Positions 10,494 to 20,369 of a stretch of DNA of 64,000 bases are shown one piece after another. A program made the translations under genes and the position numbers. The stretch covers positions 9,028-73,027 of the forward strand of contig JAWAEV010000003.1 of the NCBI GenBank assembly GCA_038891095.1, in the 5' to 3' direction. The DNA is from Candidatus Altiarchaeota archaeon (GTDB lineage Archaea > Altiarchaeota > Altiarchaeia > IMC4 > QMZM01). Each line of letters opens with the position of its first letter. The stretch's first letter is position 1. Under the pieces are notes generated by a model, which ran no database searches, had not been told where the DNA came from, and saw only the letters and a list, made by a program, of their open reading frames with translations.

Positions 10494-10859
10494 ATGCCAA
10501 AGACAAATAAATTTAAAAATCCAGAAAGGGAAAGATTAATAGAAAAACTTAAGCGAGAAGGAAGAGAGAAAAAAGTTAATTTGTGGATAAGAATTGCTGA
10601 TGAACTTAGCAAAAGTAGGAAGAATAGAAGAGAAACAAATATATGGAAAATAAATAAATACAGCAAAGATGGTGAATTTGTTTTAATTCCTGGAAAAGTC
10701 TTGGGTTATGGAAATTTAGAACATAAAGTTAATGTTGCTGCATTTAAATTCTCAAAATCTGCTGAGGAGAAAATAAAAAGTGCTGGCGGCGAAGTTATAT
10801 CAATAGAAGAACTGTTAAGGAGAAATCCTACAGGCTCTAAAGTTAAAATTTTATGTTAG
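10494..10859 (+). CDS. rpl18e: 50S ribosomal protein L18e
   Basis: 121 aa basic protein. The L18e-like N-terminus and its position upstream of L13-S9-rpoN-rpoK match the archaeal cluster. Confidence 0.7.
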   Translation: MPKTNKFKNPERERLIEKLKREGREKKVNLWIRIADELSKSRKNRRETNIWKINKYSKDGEFVLIPGKVLGYGNLEHKVNVAAFKFSKSAEEKIKSAGGEVISIEELLRRNPTGSKVKILC

Positions 10860-10860
10860 A

Positions 10861-11316
10861 ATGACAATAATAGATGCTGAAAATTCGATCTTAGGTAGGT
10901 TAGCAAGTAAAGTTGCAAAAAGAGCATTACTTGGAGAGAATATTATAATTATAAATGCTGAAAAAGCATTGCTTTCTGGAAAACAAAAGAATATTTTAGC
11001 AGATGAATTGAAAGAACTCAAAATAAGGAATATTGGAAATCCTTTGAAAGGCCCTTTTTATCAAAGAAGGCCAGATAGATATGTTAGAAGGGTTATAAAA
11101 AGGATGTTGCCTATGGAAAAAAAGAAGGGTAGAGATGCATTTAAGAGAATTATGGTTTATTATGGTATTCCAAAAGAGGAGATAAAGAAGAGACATAATA
11201 TTGAAGTTGATGAGGTAAAAATTGAGAAAATTGAAGATTCAATAAAAAATATTAGTAACTCGCTAACAGTTGGTGAAATTTGCAAATTTATTTCAGGGAA
11301 AAATAAAAATGCCTAA
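10861..11316 (+). CDS. rpl13: 50S ribosomal protein L13 (uL13)
   Basis: Begins MTIIDAENSILGRLAS…; size and position match uL13. Confidence 0.85.
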   Translation: MTIIDAENSILGRLASKVAKRALLGENIIIINAEKALLSGKQKNILADELKELKIRNIGNPLKGPFYQRRPDRYVRRVIKRMLPMEKKKGRDAFKRIMVYYGIPKEEIKKRHNIEVDEVKIEKIEDSIKNISNSLTVGEICKFISGKNKNA

Positions 11317-11722
11317 AATTGTTCATAGAGCAGGAAAAAGAAAAACATCAATTGCAAGAGCGACTATAAAGGAAGGCTCAGGAAAGTTAAGGATAAATGG
11401 AATTCCGTTAGAGAATATCGAGCCTAAAGCTAAGAGAATGAAAATTGAGCAATGTCTTATGCTTGCCTCGCCTTATGTTGACCTTAAAAAGTTAGATATA
11501 GAGGTTAATGTTCATGGTGGCGGAGTAATGGGACAGGCAGATGCTATTGCTAACTCGATTGCACGAGCATTAGTTGATTTTTCAGAAAATGAAAATTTAT
11601 TGAGAGAGTATTTGAGTTATGACAGAACTTTAATTGCTGGTGACCATCGCTTGACAGAAGTTCATAAACCAAGTCAATCATCAAAAGGACCACGACATAG
11701 AAGGCAAAAATCTTATAGATAA
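11309..11722 (+). CDS. rps9: 30S ribosomal protein S9 (uS9)
   Basis: GKRKTSIARA… with a C-terminal …RQKSYR. Start set at the internal MPKIVH (ATG at 11309), overlapping the L13 stop by 8 nt. Confidence 0.85.
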   Translation: MPKIVHRAGKRKTSIARATIKEGSGKLRINGIPLENIEPKAKRMKIEQCLMLASPYVDLKKLDIEVNVHGGGVMGQADAIANSIARALVDFSENENLLREYLSYDRTLIAGDHRLTEVHKPSQSSKGPRHRRQKSYR

Positions 11723-11723
11723 A

Positions 11724-11921
11724 ATGATAATTCCAATAAGATGTTTTTCTTGTGGTAAGCCAATAGCACAAGACTGGGAAAAATTCCAAGAGGAAGTTAG
11801 TAAAGGTATTGAACCAAAAAAAATTTTAGATAAATTTGGCTATGATAGATATTGTTGCAGGAGAATGTTTCTATCTCATGTAGATCTAATTGATGAGGTA
11901 ATGCTATATAAAAAATTTTGA
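11724..11921 (+). CDS. rpoN: DNA-directed RNA polymerase subunit N (Rpb10)
   Basis: 65 aa with [12 protein letters not shown]…RYCCRRM zinc-binding motifs. Confidence 0.85.
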   Translation: MIIPIRCFSCGKPIAQDWEKFQEEVSKGIEPKKILDKFGYDRYCCRRMFLSHVDLIDEVMLYKKF

Positions 11922-11922
11922 A

Positions 11923-12093
11923 ATGGAATATACAAAATATGAAATTGCTCGCCTTATAGGAGTTAGAGCGTTACAAATAAGAATGGGTGCCCCAGTGCTA
12001 ATAAAAATTCCAAAAGGTGTAGAGGATCCAATTGAAATAGCTAAATTAGAATTTGAAAAAAATGTATTGCCAATAACAGTAAAAAGAAAATAG
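11923..12093 (+). CDS. rpoK: DNA-directed RNA polymerase subunit K (Rpb6/omega); below the 60-aa cutoff, found by hand translation
   Basis: Hand-translated as [56 protein letters not shown] (56 aa), the canonical RpoK core. It lies between rpoN and rps2 as in other archaea. Confidence 0.75.
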   Translation: MEYTKYEIARLIGVRALQIRMGAPVLIKIPKGVEDPIEIAKLEFEKNVLPITVKRK

Positions 12094-12098
12094 ATAAG

Positions 12099-12821
12099 AT
12101 GACTGATGAAACCGAAAAAAAAGAAAGTAATGAAGAAACTAAAGATGTGAAAGAAATTCAAGAAATTTCAGGAGAGCTTCTTGTGCCCTTAGATGATTAC
12201 TTACTCAATGGTATCCACATTGGACTTAAATACAAAACAAGTGATATGCGTGAGTTCATCTATAAAATAAGAGAAGATAAGCTATGTGTTTTTGATGTAA
12301 AAAAAATAGATGATAGATTAAGAATTGCTGCAAAATTTATTTCTCGTTATAATCCAGAGGATGTTTTGGTTGTTTCTAATAGGGTCTATGGTAAAGAACC
12401 AATTAAAAATTTTTCAAAATATACTGGCTGTAAAGCGATCACTGATAGATTTGTTTCTGGAACATTAACAAATCCTAAAATTAAACAATTTATTGAGCCA
12501 AAGTTACTTTTTGTAACTGATCCGGCAGTTGATCAACAAGCAATTAAAGAAGCCTCAATCTCTGGAATTCCTGTTATGGCAATTTGCGACAGCAATACAA
12601 GGATTAAAAAAATTGATTTTGTTATACCTTCAAACAATAAAGGTAAAAACTCTTTAGCATTAATTTTTTGGATTTTAACGAGGGAAATTTTAAAGATAAG
12701 GGGAATTGACTTTAATGCTCCTCTTGAAGATTTTATTTCTAAGATAGAACCGCAGCCATATCTCATAAAAATGCAAGAAAAGCAAAAGTTACAGAGAAGA
12801 AAACAAAAAAGAAGAAAATAA
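12099..12821 (+). CDS. rps2: 30S ribosomal protein S2 (uS2)
   Basis: 240 aa with LLVPLDDYL…GIHIG… S2 motifs and a lysine-rich C-terminus. Confidence 0.85.
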   Translation: MTDETEKKESNEETKDVKEIQEISGELLVPLDDYLLNGIHIGLKYKTSDMREFIYKIREDKLCVFDVKKIDDRLRIAAKFISRYNPEDVLVVSNRVYGKEPIKNFSKYTGCKAITDRFVSGTLTNPKIKQFIEPKLLFVTDPAVDQQAIKEASISGIPVMAICDSNTRIKKIDFVIPSNNKGKNSLALIFWILTREILKIRGIDFNAPLEDFISKIEPQPYLIKMQEKQKLQRRKQKRRK

Positions 12822-12822
12822 T

Positions 12823-14073
12823 ATGAAGAGCTACAAAATAAGAGATATTAATCTTTGGGAGCAAGGGAAAAAGAAAGTTGATTATGCTGAACAACAAATG
12901 CTTGCATTGATGGAGATTAAAAAAAGGTTCGAAAAAGAAAAACCACTACATGGCATAAGAATTTCTTTGGCTTTACATGTAACAAAAGAAACTGCAAATT
13001 TATTAAGAGTTTTAAAATCTGCTGGTGCAGAGGTTGCAATTGCGAGTTGTAATCCTCTATCAACGCAAGATGATGTTGCTGCTGCTCTTGTAAAAGAAAA
13101 TTTCCATGTTTTTGCCTGGAAGAATGAAACTAAAGAGGAATATTATGAAAATTTAAACAAAGTTCTTGATTTCAAGCCAAATGTTACTGTCGATGATGGT
13201 TGTGATTTAGTAACATTGATACACAAAGAGAGAGAAGAATTGCTTAGCAATATAAAAATTGGTACTGAGGAAACAACCACTGGGGTTATAAGGCTGAGGG
13301 CTATGGAAAAAGAAAAAGTTTTGAGATATCCTGTAATTGCAGTGAATGACAACAAAACAAAACATTTGTTTGATAATTATTATGGCACTGGACAAAGTGC
13401 TTTAGATGGTTTACTGAGAGCAACAAATGTCCTTATTGCAGGAAAAAACTTTGTTGTTTCTGGCTATGGAAGTTGCGGTAAAGGTATTGCAAAAAATGCT
13501 CGTGGTTTAGGAGCAAATGTTATTGTAACTGAAGTTGATGCATTAAGAGCTTTACAAGCAAGAATGGACGGCTTTAGTGTTATGAAAATCTCTGAAGCTG
13601 CAAAAATTGGTGATATTTTCATAACTGCTACAGGAAACAAAAATGTAATTGATAAAGAACACTTTAAATTAATGAAATCTGGAGCAATACTTGCAAACGC
13701 TGGGCATTTTGATGTTGAGATAAATGTAAAAGCATTAAATGAAATTTCAAAAAAGAAAGTAAAAGTAAGAGACAACTTAGAAGAATTTGAATTAGAAAAT
13801 GGGAAAAAAATATATCTTTGCTCCGAAGGTAGATTAGTAAATTTAGCCTCTGCTGAAGGTCATCCAAGTGAAGTTATGTCTTTAAGCTTTTGTGGGCAAG
13901 CACTTGCAATTGAGTATGGAGTTAAAAATAAATTAAGTCCTGGTGTGCATAAACTACCAGATGAAATTGATAACATGATTGCAGAATTACAATTAAGAGT
14001 AATGGGAATTGAAAAAGATTCATTAACTGAAGAACAGAGGAGATATCTTACTTCATGGGAAGAAGGAACTTAA
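12823..14073 (+). CDS. ahcY: Adenosylhomocysteinase (S-adenosyl-L-homocysteine hydrolase)
   Basis: 416 aa with an NAD-binding GYG.CGKG motif and AhcY signature blocks. Confidence 0.9.
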   Translation: MKSYKIRDINLWEQGKKKVDYAEQQMLALMEIKKRFEKEKPLHGIRISLALHVTKETANLLRVLKSAGAEVAIASCNPLSTQDDVAAALVKENFHVFAWKNETKEEYYENLNKVLDFKPNVTVDDGCDLVTLIHKEREELLSNIKIGTEETTTGVIRLRAMEKEKVLRYPVIAVNDNKTKHLFDNYYGTGQSALDGLLRATNVLIAGKNFVVSGYGSCGKGIAKNARGLGANVIVTEVDALRALQARMDGFSVMKISEAAKIGDIFITATGNKNVIDKEHFKLMKSGAILANAGHFDVEINVKALNEISKKKVKVRDNLEEFELENGKKIYLCSEGRLVNLASAEGHPSEVMSLSFCGQALAIEYGVKNKLSPGVHKLPDEIDNMIAELQLRVMGIEKDSLTEEQRRYLTSWEEGT

Positions 14074-14086
14074 TTTTTTCCTAAAA

Positions 14087-14953
14087 ATGAAGAAAAATTT
14101 CTGTTTGTTACCAAAGGAATTTTCAGATTATAAAATAGCTAAATTTGTTATATTGCCAATTCCTTATGAAAAAACAACAACATATATCAAAGGCACTAAG
14201 AATGCTCCTTCTGCTATCATCGATGCATCTGCAAATCTTGAACTTTATGATGAAGAACTAAATAAAAATGTTGCTGAAGAATTTGGAATTGCAACTTTAA
14301 ATACAATAAAAATCACTGAAAAAGAACAAAAAATGGTTGAAAAAGTTGAAAATGCATGCATGAAAGTTATTATTGATGATAAATTTCCGATAGTCATCGG
14401 TGGGGAACATTCAATTTCCTTAGGTGAAGTGATTGCATTTAAAAATAAATATAAAAATTTTTCAGTTCTCCAGTTAGATGCACATGCAGATCTTCGTGAT
14501 TCCTATGAAAATTCGATCTATAGCCACGCATGTATAATGCGCCGAATTATAGAACACTGTGATGCTGTGCAAATTGGAATTAGAAGTTTAAGCAACGAAG
14601 AAGCTGAGTTAATAAAAGAAAAAAACCTCGATGTTTTCTTTGCGCATAATATCAGAAAATGGAATATGAAAGATTTCGCAAAAGAAATTTTACCGAAGTT
14701 AAAGAAAAATGTTTTCATTACAGTAGATATGGATTTTTTTGATCCAAGTTTAATTCCTTCTGTTGGAACACCTGAGCCCGGTGGATTTTTTTGGTATGAA
14801 ACCTTAGATTTTTTGAGAGAGATAATTAAAGGAAAGAATATTGTTGGCTTCGATGTTGTTGAGCTTTGTCCAAACAAAAATAACAAGTCTTCTGAGTTTA
14901 TAGCAGCAAAATTTATATATAAATTAGTAAATTTTATAAGTGAAAATTTTTAG
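14087..14953 (+). CDS. speB: Agmatinase / arginase-family ureohydrolase
   Basis: Arginase-family metal-binding motifs (GGEHSIS, DAHADLRD, …DMDFFDP). It clusters with dys and pdaD. Confidence 0.7.
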   Translation: MKKNFCLLPKEFSDYKIAKFVILPIPYEKTTTYIKGTKNAPSAIIDASANLELYDEELNKNVAEEFGIATLNTIKITEKEQKMVEKVENACMKVIIDDKFPIVIGGEHSISLGEVIAFKNKYKNFSVLQLDAHADLRDSYENSIYSHACIMRRIIEHCDAVQIGIRSLSNEEAELIKEKNLDVFFAHNIRKWNMKDFAKEILPKLKKNVFITVDMDFFDPSLIPSVGTPEPGGFFWYETLDFLREIIKGKNIVGFDVVELCPNKNNKSSEFIAAKFIYKLVNFISENF

Positions 14954-15989
14954 AATGAATAAGAAAGATTTTCTTAAGAAAGAAGTAAAACACATTGATA
15001 TAACTTCTTTTGATGCTACAAAAATAATTAATGCTATGCGAGAAATGTCTTTTACTGCAAGAGAGGTTGCAAAAGCTGCTGATATTTTTGATAGGATGAT
15101 AACAGATAAAGAATGTACAATAATTTTATGCATTGCAGGTAGTACAAGTGCTGCAGGTTGCATGAAAATTTATTCTGATATGGTTAAGTATAAGATGGTT
15201 GATGTTATTGTTGCAACTGGAGCAACAATTGTTGATATGGATTTTTTTGAAGCATTGGGATTTAAACACTATCAAGGCACTCAATATGTTGATGATTCTC
15301 TACTTAGAAAACATTATATTGATAGAATTTATGATACTTTCATTGATGAAGAGCAATTACAAATTTGTGACAATACAATAAAGGAAATTGCAGATTCATT
15401 AAAGCCAGGAGTTTACTCATCAAGAGAATTTATAATTGAAATGGGTAAGTATCTTGAAAAAAATGCAAAAAAGAAGAATTCCTTAGTTGAATTAGCTTAT
15501 AAACATAATGTTCCAATTTTTTGTCCAGCATTTTCTGACTCAAGCGCTGGTTTTGGTTTAGTTAAGCATCAATATGAAAGAAAAAATAAGCCACATGTTT
15601 CAATCGACTCTGTAAAGGATTTTAAGGAGCTCACAGAAATTAAAATTAATTCTCCAACTTCGGGGCTTTTTATGATTGGTGGGGGAGTTCCAAAAAATTT
15701 TGCACAAGATTGTGTTATCTGTGCTGAAATTCTTGGCAAAAAAGTCCCAATGCATAAATATGCTGTTCAAATAACAGTTGCTGATGTTAGAGATGGCGCT
15801 TGCTCTTCTTCAACTCTGAAAGAAGCAAGTTCTTGGGGCAAAGTTAATTTTTCATTTGAAAATGAGCAAATGGTCTATGCAGAAGCAACATCTGTCTTGC
15901 CATTAATTATAAGTTATATCTACCATAAAGGAAACTGGAAAAAAAGAAAGGAAAGAAAATTTAATAAATTTTTTGAAAAAGAAAAATGA
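14940..15989 (+). CDS. dys: Deoxyhypusine synthase
   Basis: 349 aa with the DHS signature (…[12 protein letters not shown]…[13 protein letters not shown]…GGGVPKNF). Confidence 0.85.
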   Translation: MKIFRMNKKDFLKKEVKHIDITSFDATKIINAMREMSFTAREVAKAADIFDRMITDKECTIILCIAGSTSAAGCMKIYSDMVKYKMVDVIVATGATIVDMDFFEALGFKHYQGTQYVDDSLLRKHYIDRIYDTFIDEEQLQICDNTIKEIADSLKPGVYSSREFIIEMGKYLEKNAKKKNSLVELAYKHNVPIFCPAFSDSSAGFGLVKHQYERKNKPHVSIDSVKDFKELTEIKINSPTSGLFMIGGGVPKNFAQDCVICAEILGKKVPMHKYAVQITVADVRDGACSSSTLKEASSWGKVNFSFENEQMVYAEATSVLPLIISYIYHKGNWKKRKERKFNKFFEKEK

Positions 15990-16528
15990 TACCAAGGAAA
16001 TGTTTTTTTACTAAGGGTGTTGGAATTCATAGAGATAGATTAGCTGCATTTGAGTTAGCATTGAGAAAGGCAGGTATACAGAAGTGTAATCTTGTCAATG
16101 TTTCGAGTATATTCCCACCAAACTGCAAGCTCATTCCAAGAGAAAAAGGGATTGCACTTCTAAAGCCAGGACAGATAACTTTTGTTGTAATGGCAAGGAA
16201 TGAAACAAATGAGCCAAACAGATTAATTTCTGCAGCAATTGGCTTAGCATTGCCTAAGGGTGGTGAAGGCTATGGATATTTATCAGAGCATCACTCATTT
16301 GGAGAAGTTGCAAAAAAAGCTGGTGAATATGCTGAGGATTTAGCAGCAACAATGTTAGCAAGTACTCTTGGGATAGATTTTGATATAGATAAAGCATGGG
16401 ATGAAAGAAAAAAAATTTACAGAGCAAGCGGTAAAATATTCAAGACAACTCATGTTGTTCAGTCAGCGGAGGGGCATAAAGATGGTTTATGGACAAGTGT
16501 AGTTGCAGCAACAGTTTTCATTCCATAA
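15986..16528 (+). CDS. pdaD: Pyruvoyl-dependent arginine decarboxylase
   Basis: 180 aa. The N-terminal [13 protein letters not shown]… and the …[11 protein letters not shown]… self-cleavage region are typical of PdaD. Confidence 0.85.
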   Translation: MIPRKCFFTKGVGIHRDRLAAFELALRKAGIQKCNLVNVSSIFPPNCKLIPREKGIALLKPGQITFVVMARNETNEPNRLISAAIGLALPKGGEGYGYLSEHHSFGEVAKKAGEYAEDLAATMLASTLGIDFDIDKAWDERKKIYRASGKIFKTTHVVQSAEGHKDGLWTSVVAATVFIP

Positions 16529-16530
16529 TT

Positions 16531-17772
16531 TTAAAAATTTATACCTAAATAAAATAGTATTACTGGTATAATAAGAACTCCCATTGAATGACTTCTTTTT
16601 ATTTTAGATAAAGGTGCTATAATTCCTATAGATGTACTTACTAACAATATAAGAATGCCGTTTAGTCCTGTGAAAATAAAACAAAGGAAAAATAAAAGTA
16701 TGAGTATTATTAAGGAAATTTTTGAATATGGAAACTTTTGGATAAACTTCAGAATTTTATTACCAATATATAAAGTTAAAATTGCTGAAATTCCCACAGA
16801 TATAAGTGAAACTGAGATTAAAAGAAGAATATCATAAATGGTAAAATTTTCTAATAAATTTCTTATAGCAATTGCTGCTCCAGATCTTGCTCTTTTTACT
16901 GTATAAAGTGAAAGGATTGATATTAGAGCAACTGCAGTGTTAACACCTCCAACAGAAATTAAAAACTCTCGTGGATCTTTTTTCTTTGTTAGTTCTTGTG
17001 TTAAAACTGTTGCTTGCGCAGCTCCAACTCCTGGGAGTAATCCAAGTAATATGCTTGCAAAGAATGCTTTTATGCTTCCAGAAAAAATCAATTTTCTTTC
17101 AGTATTAAATATAACTTCTTCTTGTGGTGGTATATTACTCTTATGTTTTAAACTTAAAAGAAGCGTCGGTATACCAAAAAGCCCTGTAAATATTGGGAAT
17201 AAAACAAAATTTTCTGGTAGAATTCCGGAATTTAATGTTATTATTCCTAAAGAACCTGAAAGTAAAAAAACTAAAACTGAGAAGAAAATTCGTTCTTTGT
17301 TTTTTTCTGTTAGAATCATAAAAAAGCATATAACTAACAAAACAAAGGCAATGTAAAATTTTAATAGGCCATGAATTATTGGCAAAATAAAAAGCAAAAG
17401 AGGTGTTAAAACAAAGAAAAGTAATGTCGTGAAAACTCCGCCAGATGTTGTTAGAAATAATGCTTCGAGCCCTTTTCCTTGTAGTAAAAGTCTATGCCCT
17501 GGAAGAACTGAAAGTGCTGTTGCTTCTTCTGGAGCACCAAGAAAAATTGATGGTATAAAATCAACAATCGTGCTTGTTATTGCTGCTGAAATAATAAAAG
17601 TGATAAGTCCATAAACAGAAATGTTCAAATCAATAAAAAATGCTGAGAATAGGGGGATTAACAGATAGATTGTATTTACATGAAGTCCTGGTAGCAAACC
17701 AGAAATTATTCCAAGGGATATTCCTAAAAAAATAAAAAATAAAATTTCAAGGAACATTCTTATTAAATTCAA
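16531..17772 (-). CDS. TctA-family (DUF112) polytopic membrane protein, putative transporter
   Basis: 413 aa, about 10 predicted TM helices, Gly-rich repeats typical of TctA/DUF112. It overlaps the upstream OB-fold gene, indicating an operon. Confidence 0.5.
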   Translation of the reverse strand: MNLIRMFLEILFFIFLGISLGIISGLLPGLHVNTIYLLIPLFSAFFIDLNISVYGLITFIISAAITSTIVDFIPSIFLGAPEEATALSVLPGHRLLLQGKGLEALFLTTSGGVFTTLLFFVLTPLLLFILPIIHGLLKFYIAFVLLVICFFMILTEKNKERIFFSVLVFLLSGSLGIITLNSGILPENFVLFPIFTGLFGIPTLLLSLKHKSNIPPQEEVIFNTERKLIFSGSIKAFFASILLGLLPGVGAAQATVLTQELTKKKDPREFLISVGGVNTAVALISILSLYTVKRARSGAAIAIRNLLENFTIYDILLLISVSLISVGISAILTLYIGNKILKFIQKFPYSKISLIILILLFFLCFIFTGLNGILILLVSTSIGIIAPLSKIKRSHSMGVLIIPVILFYLGINF

Positions 17773-18154
17773 CTTTGTTGCAGATTATCTCTAAGTTACC
17801 ATTGTATAAATTCACTTTACCATAAACACAAACATTATCATATTTTTTGATTAAATAAGGGTCAATTTCATTTTTAATTTTCTGTGCAGTTGAGTTGAAT
17901 ATAACGACATTTATGCTAGCATCTCTCTCTTTAAGTTTCAGAAATATATGGCCATTCTTTGAAATTTTTCTCTCAGAAATTTCACCACACGTTTTTATAT
18001 AATTGTTTATATCATCTGTACTTATAGAACTTACTTCTCTTTCTTTAATTTTTAAGTTAGAGACAACAAAGAAGAGTATTATTAATCCAACTAATGATGT
18101 GACTATTGCTATATTTCTTAAATTTTTTTCATTCATGTTAGGCACTACAATCAT
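17747..18154 (-). CDS. Membrane-anchored OB-fold-like protein (hypothetical)
   Basis: 135 aa. An N-terminal TM helix is followed by a beta-rich domain (…VCVYGKVNLYNGNLEIICNKV…). It overlaps the flanking genes on both sides (nadC and the TctA-like gene). Confidence 0.4.
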   Translation of the reverse strand: MIVVPNMNEKNLRNIAIVTSLVGLIILFFVVSNLKIKEREVSSISTDDINNYIKTCGEISERKISKNGHIFLKLKERDASINVVIFNSTAQKIKNEIDPYLIKKYDNVCVYGKVNLYNGNLEIICNKVEFNKNVP

Positions 18155-19013
18155 CCTTCACTTTCTTGCATATTTTGTAAATTTCTAAGCTCATATCCAA
18201 TGCCCTCACTGAGTGAGTTAACATTCCTATAGAGAGAATGTCAACACCAGTAGATGCAAAACCTTCAACATTCTCTAGAGTTATACTCCCAGATGCTTCT
18301 AACAAAACTTTATCTCTCAAATTTTCCTTTTTTAAAATTTCTATCGTTTTTTTAATTTCAACTATTGAGAAATTATCTAACATAATTATATCTGCTCCAT
18401 TTTTCGCTGCTAATATTGCATCTTTCACTGAGGAAACTTCGATTTCAATTTTATGAGCAAACGACACTTGCTCTTTTGCTTTTTTCAATGCATTTTTAAC
18501 ATTTCCAAAAATTTTTAGATGGTTATCTTTTATTAAAATCATATCATAAAGACCATGACGATGGGTATCACCTCCACCAATTTTAACTGCTTTTTTATCA
18601 AAATAAGAAAAAAGGGGTAAAATTTTTCTCGTTGCAGCAATTCTTATTTTAGGATTTTTTTTCCTTGCCTTTTCAACAAATTCTCTTGTCAGTGTTGAAA
18701 TTCCTGACATTCTTGACAAAATATTAAGAGCAGTTCTTTCAACAAGAAGAATTTCTCTGATATTTCCTTTTAATTTAAAAATAACTTTACCTTTACTTAT
18801 CTTAGAACCATCTTTTATCTTTTTTATTATTTTTATATTAAAAATTTCAAAAAGCACAGATAACTCTGAAATTCCAGAAACAATACCAATATCTTTTGAA
18901 ATTATTTTTGCAAGAACCGTTTTCTCAGGAACTAACTCTGAGGTTATATCACTATCTTTATAATCCTCTTCTATCATCTGTAAGAATTTTCTTTCAAGAA
19001 ATTTTCTATTCAT
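18138..19013 (-). CDS. nadC: Nicotinate-nucleotide pyrophosphorylase (quinolinate phosphoribosyltransferase)
   Basis: 291 aa with a TRKT.PG… motif and the …LLEASGSITLENV… C-terminal TIM-barrel motif. Confidence 0.85.
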   Translation of the reverse strand: MNRKFLERKFLQMIEEDYKDSDITSELVPEKTVLAKIISKDIGIVSGISELSVLFEIFNIKIIKKIKDGSKISKGKVIFKLKGNIREILLVERTALNILSRMSGISTLTREFVEKARKKNPKIRIAATRKILPLFSYFDKKAVKIGGGDTHRHGLYDMILIKDNHLKIFGNVKNALKKAKEQVSFAHKIEIEVSSVKDAILAAKNGADIIMLDNFSIVEIKKTIEILKKENLRDKVLLEASGSITLENVEGFASTGVDILSIGMLTHSVRALDMSLEIYKICKKVKDDCSA

Positions 19014-19049
19014 ATTTGGAGATTTAAAAAGAGAAAGAGTTTGCAGGGA

Positions 19050-19340
19050 TTACTTTTTTATTTGTGCTTGTGTTTCTACTTGTTTTTTACCTTCAGTTAA
19101 TGGATTTTTTTTACAGATTACAACATCACCAACTTCGATAACTTCGTTATAGCCTATTGTTTCTGTTTGAAGAATTTTTTTTACTTCATCTTCGGGCAAT
19201 GTTCTTGCTTTAAAAGATCTTAAACATAAACGCATTACTTCACCAGTTTCTAAATTTAAAATAACATCTTCAACTCTACCAACATGTTCCGCTTTTCTAG
19301 TATAAATTTCAAGTCCATATAGTTGGGATAATCTCTTCAT
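19050..19340 (-). CDS. PRC-barrel domain protein
   Basis: 96 aa. The sequence …GLEIYT..AEHVGRVEDVILNLETGEV… matches PRC-barrel proteins. Confidence 0.55.
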   Translation of the reverse strand: MKRLSQLYGLEIYTRKAEHVGRVEDVILNLETGEVMRLCLRSFKARTLPEDEVKKILQTETIGYNEVIEVGDVVICKKNPLTEGKKQVETQAQIKK

Positions 19341-19422
19341 TTTTATTTGTTTAATAATGTTAATTAATGTAAAATTAAGTATAAAAACTATAAAAATTAA
19401 AGTTTAGTTTATTTATTAGATT

Positions 19423-19449
19423 GGGGGTGGGGGGTCACTTCCACTATTC
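19423..19449. repeat. Left terminal inverted repeat (GC-rich) flanking nadX
   Basis: GGGGGTGGGGGGTCACTTCCACTATTC. Its 3' 23 nt match the reverse complement of 20328-20352 (14/15 identical over TCACTTCCACTATTC, plus a GTGGGG(C)GGG run). Confidence 0.7.
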
Positions 19450-19475
19450 ATTGTATTTGAAATTAAATTTAAAAA

Positions 19476-20258
19476 ATGAAAAGACTTGGGCTTTTAGGTT
19501 GTGGGAATATCTCTAAAGGGATTGTAAAAGCAATTAATGAAGGTAAAATTAACTTTAGAGTTACATCTTTGTTTGATACTAACTTAGAAAAAGCAAAAGA
19601 ACTAGCAAAAGATATTAAACCAAAACCAAAAATAGCTAAGAATATCGAAGAATTTCTTAGAGAGGTTGATATTGTGTTCGAAGGTGCATCTCAGGATGCT
19701 GTTTTTGAATACGCTGAAAAAATTTTAAGTAAAAAAAAGGAGTTAGTGATTATGAGTGTTGGTGCTTTAGTTAATGAAAATTTTTTTGAAAAATTGAAAA
19801 AAATTGCTGAAAAAAATAGAGTTTGTATATATATACCATCAGGTGCTATTTTAGGTGTTGATGGTTTAAAAGCAGCAAAAATTTCAAAGTGTGAAGAAGT
19901 TGTATTAACAACAAGAAAAAACCCTAAGAGTTTTGGTTTGAAAAATAAAAAAGAAAAAATTATTTTTGAGGGCTCTGCAAAAGAAGCAGTAGTGAAATTT
20001 CCAAGAAATATAAACATAGCTGCAACATTGAGTTTAGCAGGAATTGGATTCAAAAAAACAAAAGTTAAAATTATTTCTGATCCAAAAGTTAAAGAGAATA
20101 TCCATGAAGTTTATGTAAGGGGAAATTTTGGTGAATTTTTAATTAGAACAAAAAATCTACCTTCCTTAGAAAATCCAAAAACATCATACTTAGCTGTCCT
20201 TTCTGCAATTTCAATTTTAAGAAAAATTGAGAGTAGCTATATACAAATAGGGACATAA
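19476..20258 (+). CDS. nadX: L-aspartate dehydrogenase
   Basis: 260 aa. The N-terminal MKRLGLLGCGNI Rossmann motif and the size match NadX. nadC is nearby. Confidence 0.75.
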   Translation: MKRLGLLGCGNISKGIVKAINEGKINFRVTSLFDTNLEKAKELAKDIKPKPKIAKNIEEFLREVDIVFEGASQDAVFEYAEKILSKKKELVIMSVGALVNENFFEKLKKIAEKNRVCIYIPSGAILGVDGLKAAKISKCEEVVLTTRKNPKSFGLKNKKEKIIFEGSAKEAVVKFPRNINIAATLSLAGIGFKKTKVKIISDPKVKENIHEVYVRGNFGEFLIRTKNLPSLENPKTSYLAVLSAISILRKIESSYIQIGT

Positions 20259-20286
20259 CATTAAATTTTTATAATTTTTAAAACTT

Positions 20287-20302
20287 ATGTAGTGCCTAAC
20301 TC
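20287..20302. repeat. 16-nt exact intergenic repeat ATGTAGTGCCTAACTC, copy 1
   Basis: Identical 16-mer at 23194-23209. Both copies sit 10-16 nt downstream of a TTTATA-like box in AT-rich intergenic DNA. Confidence 0.6.
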
Positions 20303-20327
20303 ATAGATTTACAGTTTAAATATAAGA

Positions 20328-20352
20328 GAATAGTGGAAATGACCCGCCCCAC
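20328..20352. repeat. Right terminal inverted repeat (GC-rich) flanking nadX
   Basis: GAATAGTGGAAATGACCCGCCCCAC, the reverse complement of the left repeat. A 9-bp direct repeat TTATTAGAT lies outside both ends (19413-19421 and 20362-20370). Confidence 0.7.
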
Positions 20353-20369
20353 TCAACTACCTTATTAGA

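Noticed and set aside
19423-19449. G-quadruplex at the GGGGGTGGGGGG run
   Set aside because: Only two G-tracts are present on a strand. At least four tracts would be needed for an intramolecular G4.
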